In this document: positions 14,806 through 23,899 of the stretch, piece by piece | Numbering within the stretch: position 1 is the first letter of the stretch | Layout: each line of letters opens with the position of its first letter | DNA from: an uncultured Aliarcobacter sp. | GTDB lineage: Bacteria; Campylobacterota; Campylobacteria; Campylobacterales; Arcobacteraceae | Length of the DNA stretch: 64,000 nucleotides | Direction of reading: 5' to 3' | Assembly: GCA_963677435.1 (NCBI GenBank) | Contig: OY781945.1 | Location: 960,001 to 1,024,000, forward strand | Notes under the pieces: model-generated | What the model saw: the letters and a program-made list of their open reading frames with translations, nothing else | Told to the model about the DNA's origin: nothing | Database searches by the model: none | Program-made: the position numbers and the translations under genes

Positions 14806-16911
14806 TTAGATAGTTAGTAGTCTAGTTACATTATATGCGATGAATGATAGAATCCATGCACTACTTGTTGTAAAGATGAATAAATAAGCTAGATACTTCC
14901 AATTACCTGCTTCTCTAACAAATACCATTGATGCTGCTAAACAAGGTAAATAAATCATTACAAAAACAATAAATGATATAGCTGATGCAAAAGGGATATT
15001 TGTTTTTATCTTCTCTATTAAACTTGCAGATGATTCATCATTATCACTTCCTAAACCGTATAAGATAGATAATGTAGAGACAACAATCTCTTTTGCCGCT
15101 AAACCTGTTTCAAGAGCAATTGTCATTTTCCAGTCAAAACCTAAAGGCTCAAAAAATCCTTCAGATGCTTTACCTATATATCCTAAATAAGAGTGTTCAA
15201 GATTATATTGAGCTAAATCATTTTTAAGAGCATTTATTTCATCATTATCTTTTGCTAATTCAATTTTATTATTATAAGATGTTTCTATATCTAAATGTTT
15301 AGGATAGTTACTTGCAAACCAAATTAATAAAGAAGCTGCTAATATATATGTTCCTGCTTTTTTCAAATACATTTTTGCTTGATTTGATACTGTATGCCAG
15401 ATTAATCTAAATGATGGAAGTCTATATTTTGGCATTTCCATTACAAAAGGTTCATCTTCACTTTTAAATACAACTATTTTTAATATTTTAGCTGCAAATA
15501 GACCAAAAATTGCACCACTTATATATATAATGAATAAAATATTACCAGCATTATGTTCACTAAAAAAAGCACCAACAAAAAGTACATATATTGGTAATCT
15601 AGCTCCACAAGACATAAATCCAATTATAAAAAGAGTTAATAATCTATCTTTTTCGTTTTTTAATGTTCTTGCTGCCATGTATGCTGGAACTGAACATCCA
15701 AAACCTGTTACTAATGGAATAAATGATTTTCCATGTAATCCAAATTTATGAAAAAAACCATCTAATAAAAATGCAACTCTACTCATATATCCTGTTGTTT
15801 CTAAAAGAGCAATTCCAAAAAATAGAATAACAATATTTGGCAAAAATAAAACTACAGAACCAACTCCAGCAATTGCACCATCTGCAATAATAGATGAAAT
15901 TTGATTATCACCCATAAGTTCTTTTGTTTTGTCAATTATCATGGCAAAAAATGAATCTATCATATCCATTGGAATATTTCCAAGTACAAAAGTTAATTGA
16001 AATAAGCCCCACATAAAAAAAAGAAAAATTGGTAATCCGAAAAACTTATGTATAAGTATTGAATCAAATTTTTCTGTTAACGTTTTTTCAATAACTTTAT
16101 TTTGTTTAACAGTTTCAACTGCAGCACCTTTTGCAAAAGCAAATTTTTCTTCATTAAAAATATCTTGTATATTTTTTGTATTAAAATGAATAAATAAATG
16201 CTCAAATGCTTCACTTAAAATTGGTTGAATTTTAATCCAAATCGGCTCATCTCTAAATTGTTTATAAATATTTTTGTCTTCTTTTAATAAATTAATAGCA
16301 ATACTTCTATATGTTTGTTTTGAAGGGAAATTATTTTCTTGTAAGATTTTTGAAATATTTTCTATCTCTTCTTCTATTGGATTAGAGAAAAATAGTTTGT
16401 TTGGAAGTTTGTTACTTTCGAACTTATATAAAATTTCATCCAGTAATTCTGTAATTCCTACTTTTTTTGCTGCACTTGTTTTTATACAAGGTTTTCCAAG
16501 AATTTTACTTAATTGTATTTCATCAATTGTGATTGATTCTTTTTCTGCTTCATCGCTCATATTTAATGCAATTATCATTTTCTTGTCAATTGTTAATAAT
16601 TCTGATGTCAAAAGAAGATTTCTTTGTAAGTTAGTTGAATCAACAACATTTAATATGATGTCATACTCTTCATTATTTAAAAAATCTTTTGTAACTTTTT
16701 CTTCGATTGTATAATCATTTAAAGAATATGCACCTGGTAAGTCAACTATTTCAATATGAAAATCTTTATAATCAATAAATACTTCTTCTTTTGTTACTGT
16801 TACACCTGAAAAATTTCCAACTTTTAATCTTGCATTTGAGATAGAATTAATAAGCATTGATTTACCAACATTTGGCTGTCCTACTAAAGCAATTTTTATA
16901 TTATTTTTCAT
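14806..16911 (-). CDS. feoB: Ferrous iron transporter B
   Basis: GQPNVGKS, VGNFSGVT, DLPG GTPase motifs; GFGCSVPA, FMSCGARLP, FVMEMPKY gate motifs. Confidence 0.97.
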   Translation of the reverse strand: MKNNIKIALVGQPNVGKSMLINSISNARLKVGNFSGVTVTKEEVFIDYKDFHIEIVDLPGAYSLNDYTIEEKVTKDFLNNEEYDIILNVVDSTNLQRNLLLTSELLTIDKKMIIALNMSDEAEKESITIDEIQLSKILGKPCIKTSAAKKVGITELLDEILYKFESNKLPNKLFFSNPIEEEIENISKILQENNFPSKQTYRSIAINLLKEDKNIYKQFRDEPIWIKIQPILSEAFEHLFIHFNTKNIQDIFNEEKFAFAKGAAVETVKQNKVIEKTLTEKFDSILIHKFFGLPIFLFFMWGLFQLTFVLGNIPMDMIDSFFAMIIDKTKELMGDNQISSIIADGAIAGVGSVVLFLPNIVILFFGIALLETTGYMSRVAFLLDGFFHKFGLHGKSFIPLVTGFGCSVPAYMAARTLKNEKDRLLTLFIIGFMSCGARLPIYVLFVGAFFSEHNAGNILFIIYISGAIFGLFAAKILKIVVFKSEDEPFVMEMPKYRLPSFRLIWHTVSNQAKMYLKKAGTYILAASLLIWFASNYPKHLDIETSYNNKIELAKDNDEINALKNDLAQYNLEHSYLGYIGKASEGFFEPLGFDWKMTIALETGLAAKEIVVSTLSILYGLGSDNDESSASLIEKIKTNIPFASAISFIVFVMIYLPCLAASMVFVREAGNWKYLAYLFIFTTSSAWILSFIAYNVTRLLTI

Positions 16912-17128
16912 ATGCTACTTCTATTTTTGATGCTTCACTTAATCTTAAAGCAATTTTAGATTGATTGATTTTTATTTCAATGGTACTTTTTGAAAGTGTT
17001 AATTCTACTATTTGCACTTCAACTCCTCTACTAATTCCAAAAGAGTATAGTCTGCTTTTTAATATTTCATTACAATTAATTGCTGTAATAATCGCTTTTT
17101 CGTTTATGTTTAGTTGGTTTAATGTCAT
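16901..17128 (-). CDS. feoA: Ferrous iron transport protein A
   Basis: RLYSFGI...IALRLSEA, immediately upstream of feoB. Confidence 0.93.
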   Translation of the reverse strand: MTLNQLNINEKAIITAINCNEILKSRLYSFGISRGVEVQIVELTLSKSTIEIKINQSKIALRLSEASKIEVAYEK

Positions 17129-17146
17129 ACATAGCCTCGCTAAGAT

Positions 17147-17161
17147 TAATAATGATTATTA
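17147..17161. promoter_or_regulatory. Fur box between feoA and fur
   Basis: TAATAAT-G-ATTATTA 7-1-7 palindrome, 18 nt upstream of the feoA start. Confidence 0.75.
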
Positions 17162-17273
17162 TAATATAATAAAACTTTCTTATCATTTAGATATGAAAAA
17201 GAAACAATATTTGTAATTTTTTGTTAACTTTAGATATACTAATTTGCTATAAAATTTTTAAGGGTGAATTTTA

Positions 17274-17723
17274 ATGTTAAATGAAAATACTAATGAAGAA
17301 ATTATTGACGAACTAAAAAAGATTGTTAAACAAAAAGGATTAAAATATACAGAACAAAGAGAAATTGTTCTTAGTATTTTATTACAAGCAAAAGAACATT
17401 TAACTGCAGAAGAAGTATATAATGAAATTAAAAAGAAATATTCTGATTCAAATATTGGAATAGCAACTGTATACAGAGCTCTTAGTTTTTTAGAAGAAGT
17501 TGATTTAATAACTTCAATTACTTTTGGAACTGATGGTAAAAAATATGAAACTAATTCAAAATCTCACCATGATCATTTAATTTGTACAAGTTGTGGAAAA
17601 ATTATTGAATTTATGGATGATGAAATAGAAAAAAGACAAGATAAAATCGCGAAAAAAAATAAATTTAAAATTTCAAGTCACTCAATGCAGTTATATGGAG
17701 TTTGTGAAGCTTGTCAGGAATAA
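17274..17723 (+). CDS. fur: Fur-family transcriptional regulator
   Basis: TEQR, GIATVYRAL, HHDHLIC, two CxxC motifs; divergent from feoAB. Confidence 0.88.
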   Translation: MLNENTNEEIIDELKKIVKQKGLKYTEQREIVLSILLQAKEHLTAEEVYNEIKKKYSDSNIGIATVYRALSFLEEVDLITSITFGTDGKKYETNSKSHHDHLICTSCGKIIEFMDDEIEKRQDKIAKKNKFKISSHSMQLYGVCEACQE

Positions 17724-17750
17724 AGATTAAGAGAAAATCTCTTAATCTAT
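17724..17750. terminator. Hairpin between convergent fur and fldA
   Basis: AGATTAAGAG-AAAAT-CTCTTAATCT inverted repeat. Confidence 0.65.
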
Positions 17751-17758
17751 TTGTATAT

Positions 17759-18256
17759 TTATAAAATTTCTTCTCTTATTGCGTTTGCCCAATCTTTGAT
17801 TCTTTTATCTGTTAAATCACTTTGATTATCTTCATCTAATGCTAATCCAACAAATTGATTGTTTAATTGAGCTTTTGATGCATCATGATAATATCCTTCA
17901 CTTGAAGTAAATCCAATTATTTTTGCTTTTGAATTTGCAACTTGTTCATAAATTATTCCCATTGCACTACAAAACTCATCACTATAACTTTCTTGATCTC
18001 CAAGACCAAATAGTGCAATTGTTTTATTTGATAAATCTATTTTTGAGAAATCTCCCCAAACATCTTCCCAATCATCATTTAACTCTCCATCTCCCCAAGT
18101 TGAACCACCAAGAATTAATTTGTCGTATTCATTCATTTTATCAATTTTTGTACCTGCTAAATCAAATACTTCTATTTTGTTTAATTCCATTGAAATTTTA
18201 TTTGCTATTTCTTCTGAATTTCCTGTACTACTTGCAAAAAATATCGCTGTTGCCAT
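17759..18256 (-). CDS. fldA: Long-chain flavodoxin
   Basis: SSTGNSE, STWGDGE, FGLGDQ, FVGLALDEDNQ motifs. Confidence 0.93.
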   Translation of the reverse strand: MATAIFFASSTGNSEEIANKISMELNKIEVFDLAGTKIDKMNEYDKLILGGSTWGDGELNDDWEDVWGDFSKIDLSNKTIALFGLGDQESYSDEFCSAMGIIYEQVANSKAKIIGFTSSEGYYHDASKAQLNNQFVGLALDEDNQSDLTDKRIKDWANAIREEIL

Positions 18257-18274
18257 TTTATTTATTTTCCTTTT

Positions 18275-19036
18275 TTAATTTTTTATTATTGATCGTAAAG
18301 AGTAAGGGATTGCTTTAATTTGATACTCTTTATTTTTTAATTCATCTACAAAAACAGGAATCTGTTTTGTAAACTCATTATTTTTTGGATAAGCTAAATA
18401 TATTTGATAATATTCACCTTTTTTAATTGACTTAATTGCATCTTCAAGTTCATCTTTAATATTTGGTTTTTTTACCTCAATATCTTTCCAAGAAGTATAT
18501 ATTTTTAATCCTACAAAATCTTGTGATTTTATACATATTGAATCACCTAAATCAATTACAGTTTTATCACTGTGAAGTTTTTTTATTTTTTTCAAAACAA
18601 ATTCATGGAATAGTAAATGTTTATCAATAAATAGTTGCATTTTGTTATTTATAAAACAAAGTGAAATAATTTTTGCAACTGGAAGTAAGTTTTTATTTGA
18701 AATAACAATAGAATGTTTTGTATTTCTATTTAGATAATTATTAATTATTTTTGTTGAATTAATACATAATTTAAAACTTTTAATACCTTTTCTTTTATCT
18801 ATTTTAATAAAACTTAAAGGCATCAATTCCTTTATTTTATAGGCAAATGCTTCTTTTAGATTTACTTTAGATAATTTGATTTGTTCATGTTTTGTGAAAT
18901 GACATGTTGATTTCAAAATATTATTACTTAAGTTTAAAAATAATTGTCTTAGCCTAATTATTGAATTGAATTCATCAAAATCTTTAGGTAAATATTCTTT
19001 GTTTTCATCAAAACCTATAAAATTATTATTTAGCAT
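18275..19036 (-). CDS. Hypothetical protein, possible degenerate McrC-like fold
   Basis: AGGAG RBS before ATG 19036; LFIDKHLLFHEFV...YTSWK...IYLAYP. Confidence 0.7.
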   Translation of the reverse strand: MLNNNFIGFDENKEYLPKDFDEFNSIIRLRQLFLNLSNNILKSTCHFTKHEQIKLSKVNLKEAFAYKIKELMPLSFIKIDKRKGIKSFKLCINSTKIINNYLNRNTKHSIVISNKNLLPVAKIISLCFINNKMQLFIDKHLLFHEFVLKKIKKLHSDKTVIDLGDSICIKSQDFVGLKIYTSWKDIEVKKPNIKDELEDAIKSIKKGEYYQIYLAYPKNNEFTKQIPVFVDELKNKEYQIKAIPYSLRSIIKN

Positions 19037-19364
19037 CTGAAACTCCTGCACAATTTGCATAACAACTTGAACAATCTTTTATGCCCATAATTTTTACATA
19101 CTCTTCATATACACAAGAGATAGATCTTTTTGTACATATAAATGGTATATTTTTTTTCTTTGCTTCATTTTTATATTTAAGCATTGTGTTATGATTCAAA
19201 AATGATGTAATCATTACAATGCAATCAGTATCTTGCGGAACTTTTTTCTTTGGTGCAGAAGATTTTTTTCTTGCATCCCAATGATTTATAGTTGTTGCAC
19301 CTAAATCTTCTAACATAGTAGAGATTTGCGAAATTTGATCACCACCAATAATTAGTACACTCAT
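19026..19364 (-). CDS. DUF2325-like protein
   Basis: VLIIGGD...DCIVMITSFLNHN...AKKKNIPF pattern; Cys-rich tail CSSCYANC. Confidence 0.8.
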   Translation of the reverse strand: MSVLIIGGDQISQISTMLEDLGATTINHWDARKKSSAPKKKVPQDTDCIVMITSFLNHNTMLKYKNEAKKKNIPFICTKRSISCVYEEYVKIMGIKDCSSCYANCAGVSDAK

Positions 19365-19376
19365 TTTAAATCCTTT

Positions 19377-19442
19377 TTAACAAGTACAACCAGTTGGTTT
19401 AACTAAGTCTTTCTTATTTTTTATATCAAAACAATTATTCAT
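19377..19442 (-). CDS. Unannotated 21-aa Cys-rich micropeptide MNNCFDIKNKKDLVKPTGCTC
   Basis: AAAGGA RBS 7 nt before ATG; stop codon abuts the RBS of the next gene; directly downstream of a Fur box. Confidence 0.6.
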   Translation of the reverse strand: MNNCFDIKNKKDLVKPTGCTC

Positions 19443-19458
19443 TTCAAATCCTTTATAT

Positions 19459-19526
19459 TGATAATCATTATTGAAATAATACACAAATGAATCTTAATTT
19501 AAAATTAATATTAAGAATGATTATCA
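19459..19526. promoter_or_regulatory. Two Fur boxes upstream of the micropeptide-DUF2325-fldA operon
   Basis: TGATAAT-C-ATTATTG (19459-19473) and TAAGAAT-G-ATTATCA (19512-19526). Confidence 0.75.
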
Positions 19527-19654
19527 AATATGAGATTTATTGAAAATATTTTGTGAAAAGTTATATAAAATAAATTAAAAAGGAAAAATATAAAAATAAG
19601 AGGGGATAGATTGTATTAATAAATGGGTATAACTAGGGAAATCCTAGTTAAATA

Positions 19655-20152
19655 TTAAACTTCAACTTTTTTAAGTTCTCTAATAATTGAAGCAATGTCT
19701 TCTGAGTATTTTTTTGCAGCTTCTGAGTTGTATTTCCAACCACCATTATAACTGCTCCAAACTTTTGCCCAATTGTTATTATGAACTTTTTTCCAAAACA
19801 TAAGTTCATCTATTGCATTTTTTGTAGCAAATTGGAAATCTGAAATAAGTTTCATTGCTAAAATATTTCTATTCATTGAAGTATCTTTAGCATTTTCTCT
19901 ACTAATAACTGTTTTTATATTCGCTTGATATAAACCATAATCTTTTGTATCTACATTTACTAGGTATTTACCCAATCCAGATTCTTTAATTGCAATTGCC
20001 ATTAAAGAGTAACTTAAACCGTTTTTTTTACCATGTTCTTTTATTTCTTTTAGAGTATTAATCTGCTCTGGTGTAAGGTTATTTATGTCAAAATCTGATG
20101 CAAAAACATTAGATATAAATATCAGAGATATTAAAAATAATTTTAATCTCAT
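19655..20152 (-). CDS. Secreted lysozyme-like / SLT transglycosylase-fold protein
   Basis: Signal peptide; AIAIKESG, YGLYQ, SYNGG motifs. Confidence 0.75.
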   Translation of the reverse strand: MRLKLFLISLIFISNVFASDFDINNLTPEQINTLKEIKEHGKKNGLSYSLMAIAIKESGLGKYLVNVDTKDYGLYQANIKTVISRENAKDTSMNRNILAMKLISDFQFATKNAIDELMFWKKVHNNNWAKVWSSYNGGWKYNSEAAKKYSEDIASIIRELKKVEV

Positions 20153-20189
20153 TGTCTTCTCCTTTGTTTTTTCTTAAATTAAGTTCGGG

Positions 20190-20218
20190 ATTATACTTTA
20201 AAATTGAATATTTGTCAA
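20190..20218 (-). promoter_or_regulatory. Consensus sigma70 promoter for the SLT-like gene
   Basis: Minus strand TTGACA, 17-nt spacer, TATAAT. Confidence 0.85.
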
Positions 20219-20316
20219 ATATTACTATACTTTGCTTGTTTTTCGGGGATGGCTTAATATATTATTTAGCTTTTTATCAATATAATTCCAAAAAAATTTA
20301 ATGAGAATGAAACACA

Positions 20317-20526
20317 TTGGAAAAAAAAGAGTTTAAGAAAATTATCAAAGAAATAGGCTTCTCTTCTCAAGGTAAATTTGCAGAAGAAATAGGTGTAAAA
20401 GCGACAACTTTTACCACATATAAAGTGATTCCAACACATATTAGAAGAATTACAAAATTAGCTTTATTAGCTAAACAAAATGGAGTGAGTTTAGAAGAAA
20501 TAAGAAATTCACTAAAAATAGATTAG
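20317..20526 (+). CDS. Small Cro/XRE-like HTH protein
   Basis: SQGKFAEEIGVKATTF helix-turn-helix-like pattern; TTG start. Confidence 0.65.
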   Translation: MEKKEFKKIIKEIGFSSQGKFAEEIGVKATTFTTYKVIPTHIRRITKLALLAKQNGVSLEEIRNSLKID

Positions 20527-20550
20527 AGAAAAATCTCTAATCAAAAACTT

Positions 20551-21270
20551 TTAATTACTTAAACCGATATTTATATATTCCCTAACTTTTTTTATCTCAT
20601 TTAAATCAAAAATATTTTCAATAATTTCTTTAGAATCATCTTTTTTTACAATTCCAAATGGATTTATAATTGCACTTCCTTTTGCCATGTCATCATCTGC
20701 ACTATTACAAGCTATTACAAAACATTGATTTACTAAAGCCAGAGATTTTGAGATAGTTTCATAATGGTCTTTTCTTTTTAATCCCCACATTGCAGGATTT
20801 AAAATAATATCAGCACCTTTTATTTTTCCCCAAAGTTCTGGAAATCTAAGTTCAAAACAAATTAGGGTTGCTATTTTTAAACCATTTATCTCAATTATTT
20901 TAATATCTTCGATATTTCCAGCAGAAAAATGTTCAAGTTCATTTCCTAAAGGGAAAAGTTTTACTTTTGATTGGGTATGAACAATTTGTTGATTATGAAA
21001 TATATGTAAAGTATTAAAGAATTTTTTATTCTCTTCTTTGATAAATGTTAAAGCAATTGTTTTATTTATACTTAATTCTTTTATCTCTTCTATTGCAATT
21101 AAAGAAAAATCAGCAGCTTCTTGCATTTTATCATAGGCAAATCCACTAAGAGCTAATTCAGGAGCTAAAATAAGAGAATCATTTTCACAAGAGTTTATAA
21201 GCTCTTTTACGTGAGTCAAATTATCTTGGAAATTTTGTGTTGTTTTAATTTGTAGTGCTATTAATTTCAT
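20551..21270 (-). CDS. Carbon-nitrogen hydrolase (nitrilase/omega-amidase family)
   Basis: LAPE, SKVKLF, ICFELRFPE (E-K-C triad). Confidence 0.9.
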   Translation of the reverse strand: MKLIALQIKTTQNFQDNLTHVKELINSCENDSLILAPELALSGFAYDKMQEAADFSLIAIEEIKELSINKTIALTFIKEENKKFFNTLHIFHNQQIVHTQSKVKLFPLGNELEHFSAGNIEDIKIIEINGLKIATLICFELRFPELWGKIKGADIILNPAMWGLKRKDHYETISKSLALVNQCFVIACNSADDDMAKGSAIINPFGIVKKDDSKEIIENIFDLNEIKKVREYINIGLSN

Positions 21271-22654
21271 CTATTACCTCAGTTATTAAATTTTCTACAG
21301 CCTTTTTGTAACTCATAGCAGTAGCAAAGCTTGTGGCTTCATATTTTGTCATTATTAAAGCATTTGTATTTGAAGCTCTAATTAGTGCCCAACCATACTC
21401 AAAATTGATTCTAAGGCCATCTATTTTTAAAATATCTTTGATTATTGGAAATCCTCTTTGTATTACAGTGAGTTTTTTTTCTATCTTTTCTATGATTAAA
21501 AACTTTTTATCTTCATTGACTTCAATTTCAATATTTGAACTTGTATAAACTTTTGGAAGTTTATCTAACTCTTCATCTAAGTTTATTCCTTTATATAAAA
21601 GCTCTAAAACTCTAAATGTGGCATATATTGCATCATCAAAACCGTAATATCTATCATTAAAAAAAATATGCCCAGAAACTTCGGCAGCTAAATCAGCATT
21701 TAACTCTTTTAGTTTTAATCGCAAGTTTGAATAACCGGTTTTATCCATAATTGTTTTTGAAGTTTGATTCATCTCATTAAAGATATTTTGTGAATATGTT
21801 ACTTCACCAATAATTACTGGATTTTTCATAGTTTTTGAAAAAAGTAGGGCTAACATATCACCTTTAATATTGTACTTTTGGGTTAATACAGCAATTCTAT
21901 CAGCATCTCCATCGTAGGCAAATCCTAAATTACAATCATCTTTTAGTAGAGTTTTTAAATCTTCAAGATTTTTTTCATTTGTCGGGTCTGGATGATGATT
22001 TGGAAACTCTCCATCTGGAAGTAGATGTAAACCTTGATAGTTTAGATTTAATTTATCTAAAATCTCACATAAAACTGTATTTGCAACACCATTTCCACAA
22101 TCAATAGCAAAAGGGATTTTAAAATCTTTTAGATGGGAAAATTGATTTACCATATAATCTATATATAAACTTTTTGCATCTGTTTTTATACAAGTAAAAT
22201 TATCTGGAATTTCTATAGTTTGATTTTCTAGGATTTTATAATATAAAGATAAAAGTTCATCTCCAAAAAATGGTTCATTATTTATAGTAATTTTAAAACC
22301 ATTATATTTTTTTGCATTGTGGCTTCCCGTTATCATAATAGAAGCACTTGGTTTTATCTTTTTATCATCTACTAAAAACTCTTGATAAGAAGCAAAATAG
22401 TTTACACCTGTTGCCACAAGTCCAATATCTAAAACTTTACACTGGGATAAATTTAATCCAGAAATTAAAGCTTCAAATAACATATTTGAGTGAGTTCTTA
22501 CATCATAACCTACAACAATATAAGGAATTTGTTGAATTTTTTCTTTTATATATAGACCTAAATAATATCCAATCAGTTTTGAATTTTCATAGGTCAACTC
22601 TTCATTTACGATACCTCGAATATCGTATTGTCTAAATATCGTTTTATTTATCAT
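21245..22654 (-). CDS. Phosphomannomutase/phosphoglucomutase family protein
   Basis: FRQYDIRG, ITGSHN, DGDADR, EVSGH motifs. Confidence 0.92.
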   Translation of the reverse strand: MINKTIFRQYDIRGIVNEELTYENSKLIGYYLGLYIKEKIQQIPYIVVGYDVRTHSNMLFEALISGLNLSQCKVLDIGLVATGVNYFASYQEFLVDDKKIKPSASIMITGSHNAKKYNGFKITINNEPFFGDELLSLYYKILENQTIEIPDNFTCIKTDAKSLYIDYMVNQFSHLKDFKIPFAIDCGNGVANTVLCEILDKLNLNYQGLHLLPDGEFPNHHPDPTNEKNLEDLKTLLKDDCNLGFAYDGDADRIAVLTQKYNIKGDMLALLFSKTMKNPVIIGEVTYSQNIFNEMNQTSKTIMDKTGYSNLRLKLKELNADLAAEVSGHIFFNDRYYGFDDAIYATFRVLELLYKGINLDEELDKLPKVYTSSNIEIEVNEDKKFLIIEKIEKKLTVIQRGFPIIKDILKIDGLRINFEYGWALIRASNTNALIMTKYEATSFATAMSYKKAVENLITEVIDEINSTTN

Positions 22655-23177
22655 TCTTCTCTAACTTTAATAAAAATTCTTTTTTTTCAATCCCACCATT
22701 ATAATTTTCAGTCATATTATCATTTGAAATAGCTCTATGTGAGGGAACAAGCAATGCTATCATATTTTGAGCAGTGGCGCTACTTACTTCTTTAATAGCT
22801 TTTTCTTCATTAATATTTTTTGCAATATCTTTATAATCGACACTCTTTCCATAAGGAATTTTGAGTAACTCTTTCCAGCATTTTACTTGAAAAGATGAAC
22901 CAACTAATTGTAAAGGGATTTCAAAAGTTGTTCTTTCTTTTTTAAAATACTCTTCTAATTGGATTTTTAAAATATCAAATATTTCACAATTACCTGGAAT
23001 TACATCTGCATCTAAGGTATTTTTTAAAACTTGGATTTTTGCTTCTATATTAAAAGGAGTAAAAAATGCCAAGGTTACAACTCCTTTTTTTGAAGTTGCA
23101 GCAAACATTTCACCAATTGGAGTTGAAAATGTGGTCGTTAAGATTATCTCTTTTGTTTGGGTTTTATATTCTCTCAT
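22644..23177 (-). CDS. Ogt-family alkyltransferase homologue lacking the catalytic Cys (PSHR)
   Basis: QLEEYF, FQVKCW, IPYG, VPSHR, YNGG..KKEFLL. Confidence 0.85.
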   Translation of the reverse strand: MREYKTQTKEIILTTTFSTPIGEMFAATSKKGVVTLAFFTPFNIEAKIQVLKNTLDADVIPGNCEIFDILKIQLEEYFKKERTTFEIPLQLVGSSFQVKCWKELLKIPYGKSVDYKDIAKNINEEKAIKEVSSATAQNMIALLVPSHRAISNDNMTENYNGGIEKKEFLLKLEKNDK

Positions 23178-23218
23178 GGCGGAATTTTATCATAATCATT
23201 TATAAGATATAATTTCAA

Positions 23219-23899
23219 ATGATAAAAAAATTCTATAAAAATATAAAAATTTTGTATGTTGAAGATGATGAGATTGCAAGAGAAAATGGTATTGAGTATT
23301 TAGAAAACTTTTTTGAGCAAATCTATGAAGCAAGTGATGCAATTATTGCTTTGCAATTATACGAAAAACATAAACCTGATATTATAATTACTGATATTCA
23401 AATGCCTAAACTAAATGGTTTAGAGTTTGTAAAAAGAATTAGACAAAAAGATAAAAATACTCAAATTATAATAATCACAGCTTTTTGTGATAAAGATTAT
23501 TTATTAAAAGCAATTGAGTTAGGACTTGTAAAATATCTAGTAAAACCTGTAAAGGAAAAAGAGTTTGAAGAAGCTTTGTTTTTATGTATAGATAGTTTAG
23601 AAGATAATCAATCAAATATTGTAAAACTACAAGAAGATACATATTTTGATATGTTTAACAAAAACTTAGTAATAGAAAATGAAATTGTAAAGCTAAGAGC
23701 TAAAGAGCTTGTTTTTTTAGAGCTTTTAGTAAAAAATAGAAATAGATATGTAAGTTATGAAGAGATTGAAAACTATGTTTGGAATGATAGCGTTATGACT
23801 AAAGATGCTTTAAAAACATTAGTTAAAAATCTAAAAACAAAAATTCCAAAAAATCTTATCTTAAATCTTACAAATAGTGGTTATAAAATAGATGTCTGA
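23219..23899 (+). CDS. OmpR-family response regulator
   Basis: LYVEDD, ITDIQMP, LVKP; C-terminal winged helix ending SGYKI. Confidence 0.92.
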   Translation: MIKKFYKNIKILYVEDDEIARENGIEYLENFFEQIYEASDAIIALQLYEKHKPDIIITDIQMPKLNGLEFVKRIRQKDKNTQIIIITAFCDKDYLLKAIELGLVKYLVKPVKEKEFEEALFLCIDSLEDNQSNIVKLQEDTYFDMFNKNLVIENEIVKLRAKELVFLELLVKNRNRYVSYEEIENYVWNDSVMTKDALKTLVKNLKTKIPKNLILNLTNSGYKIDV

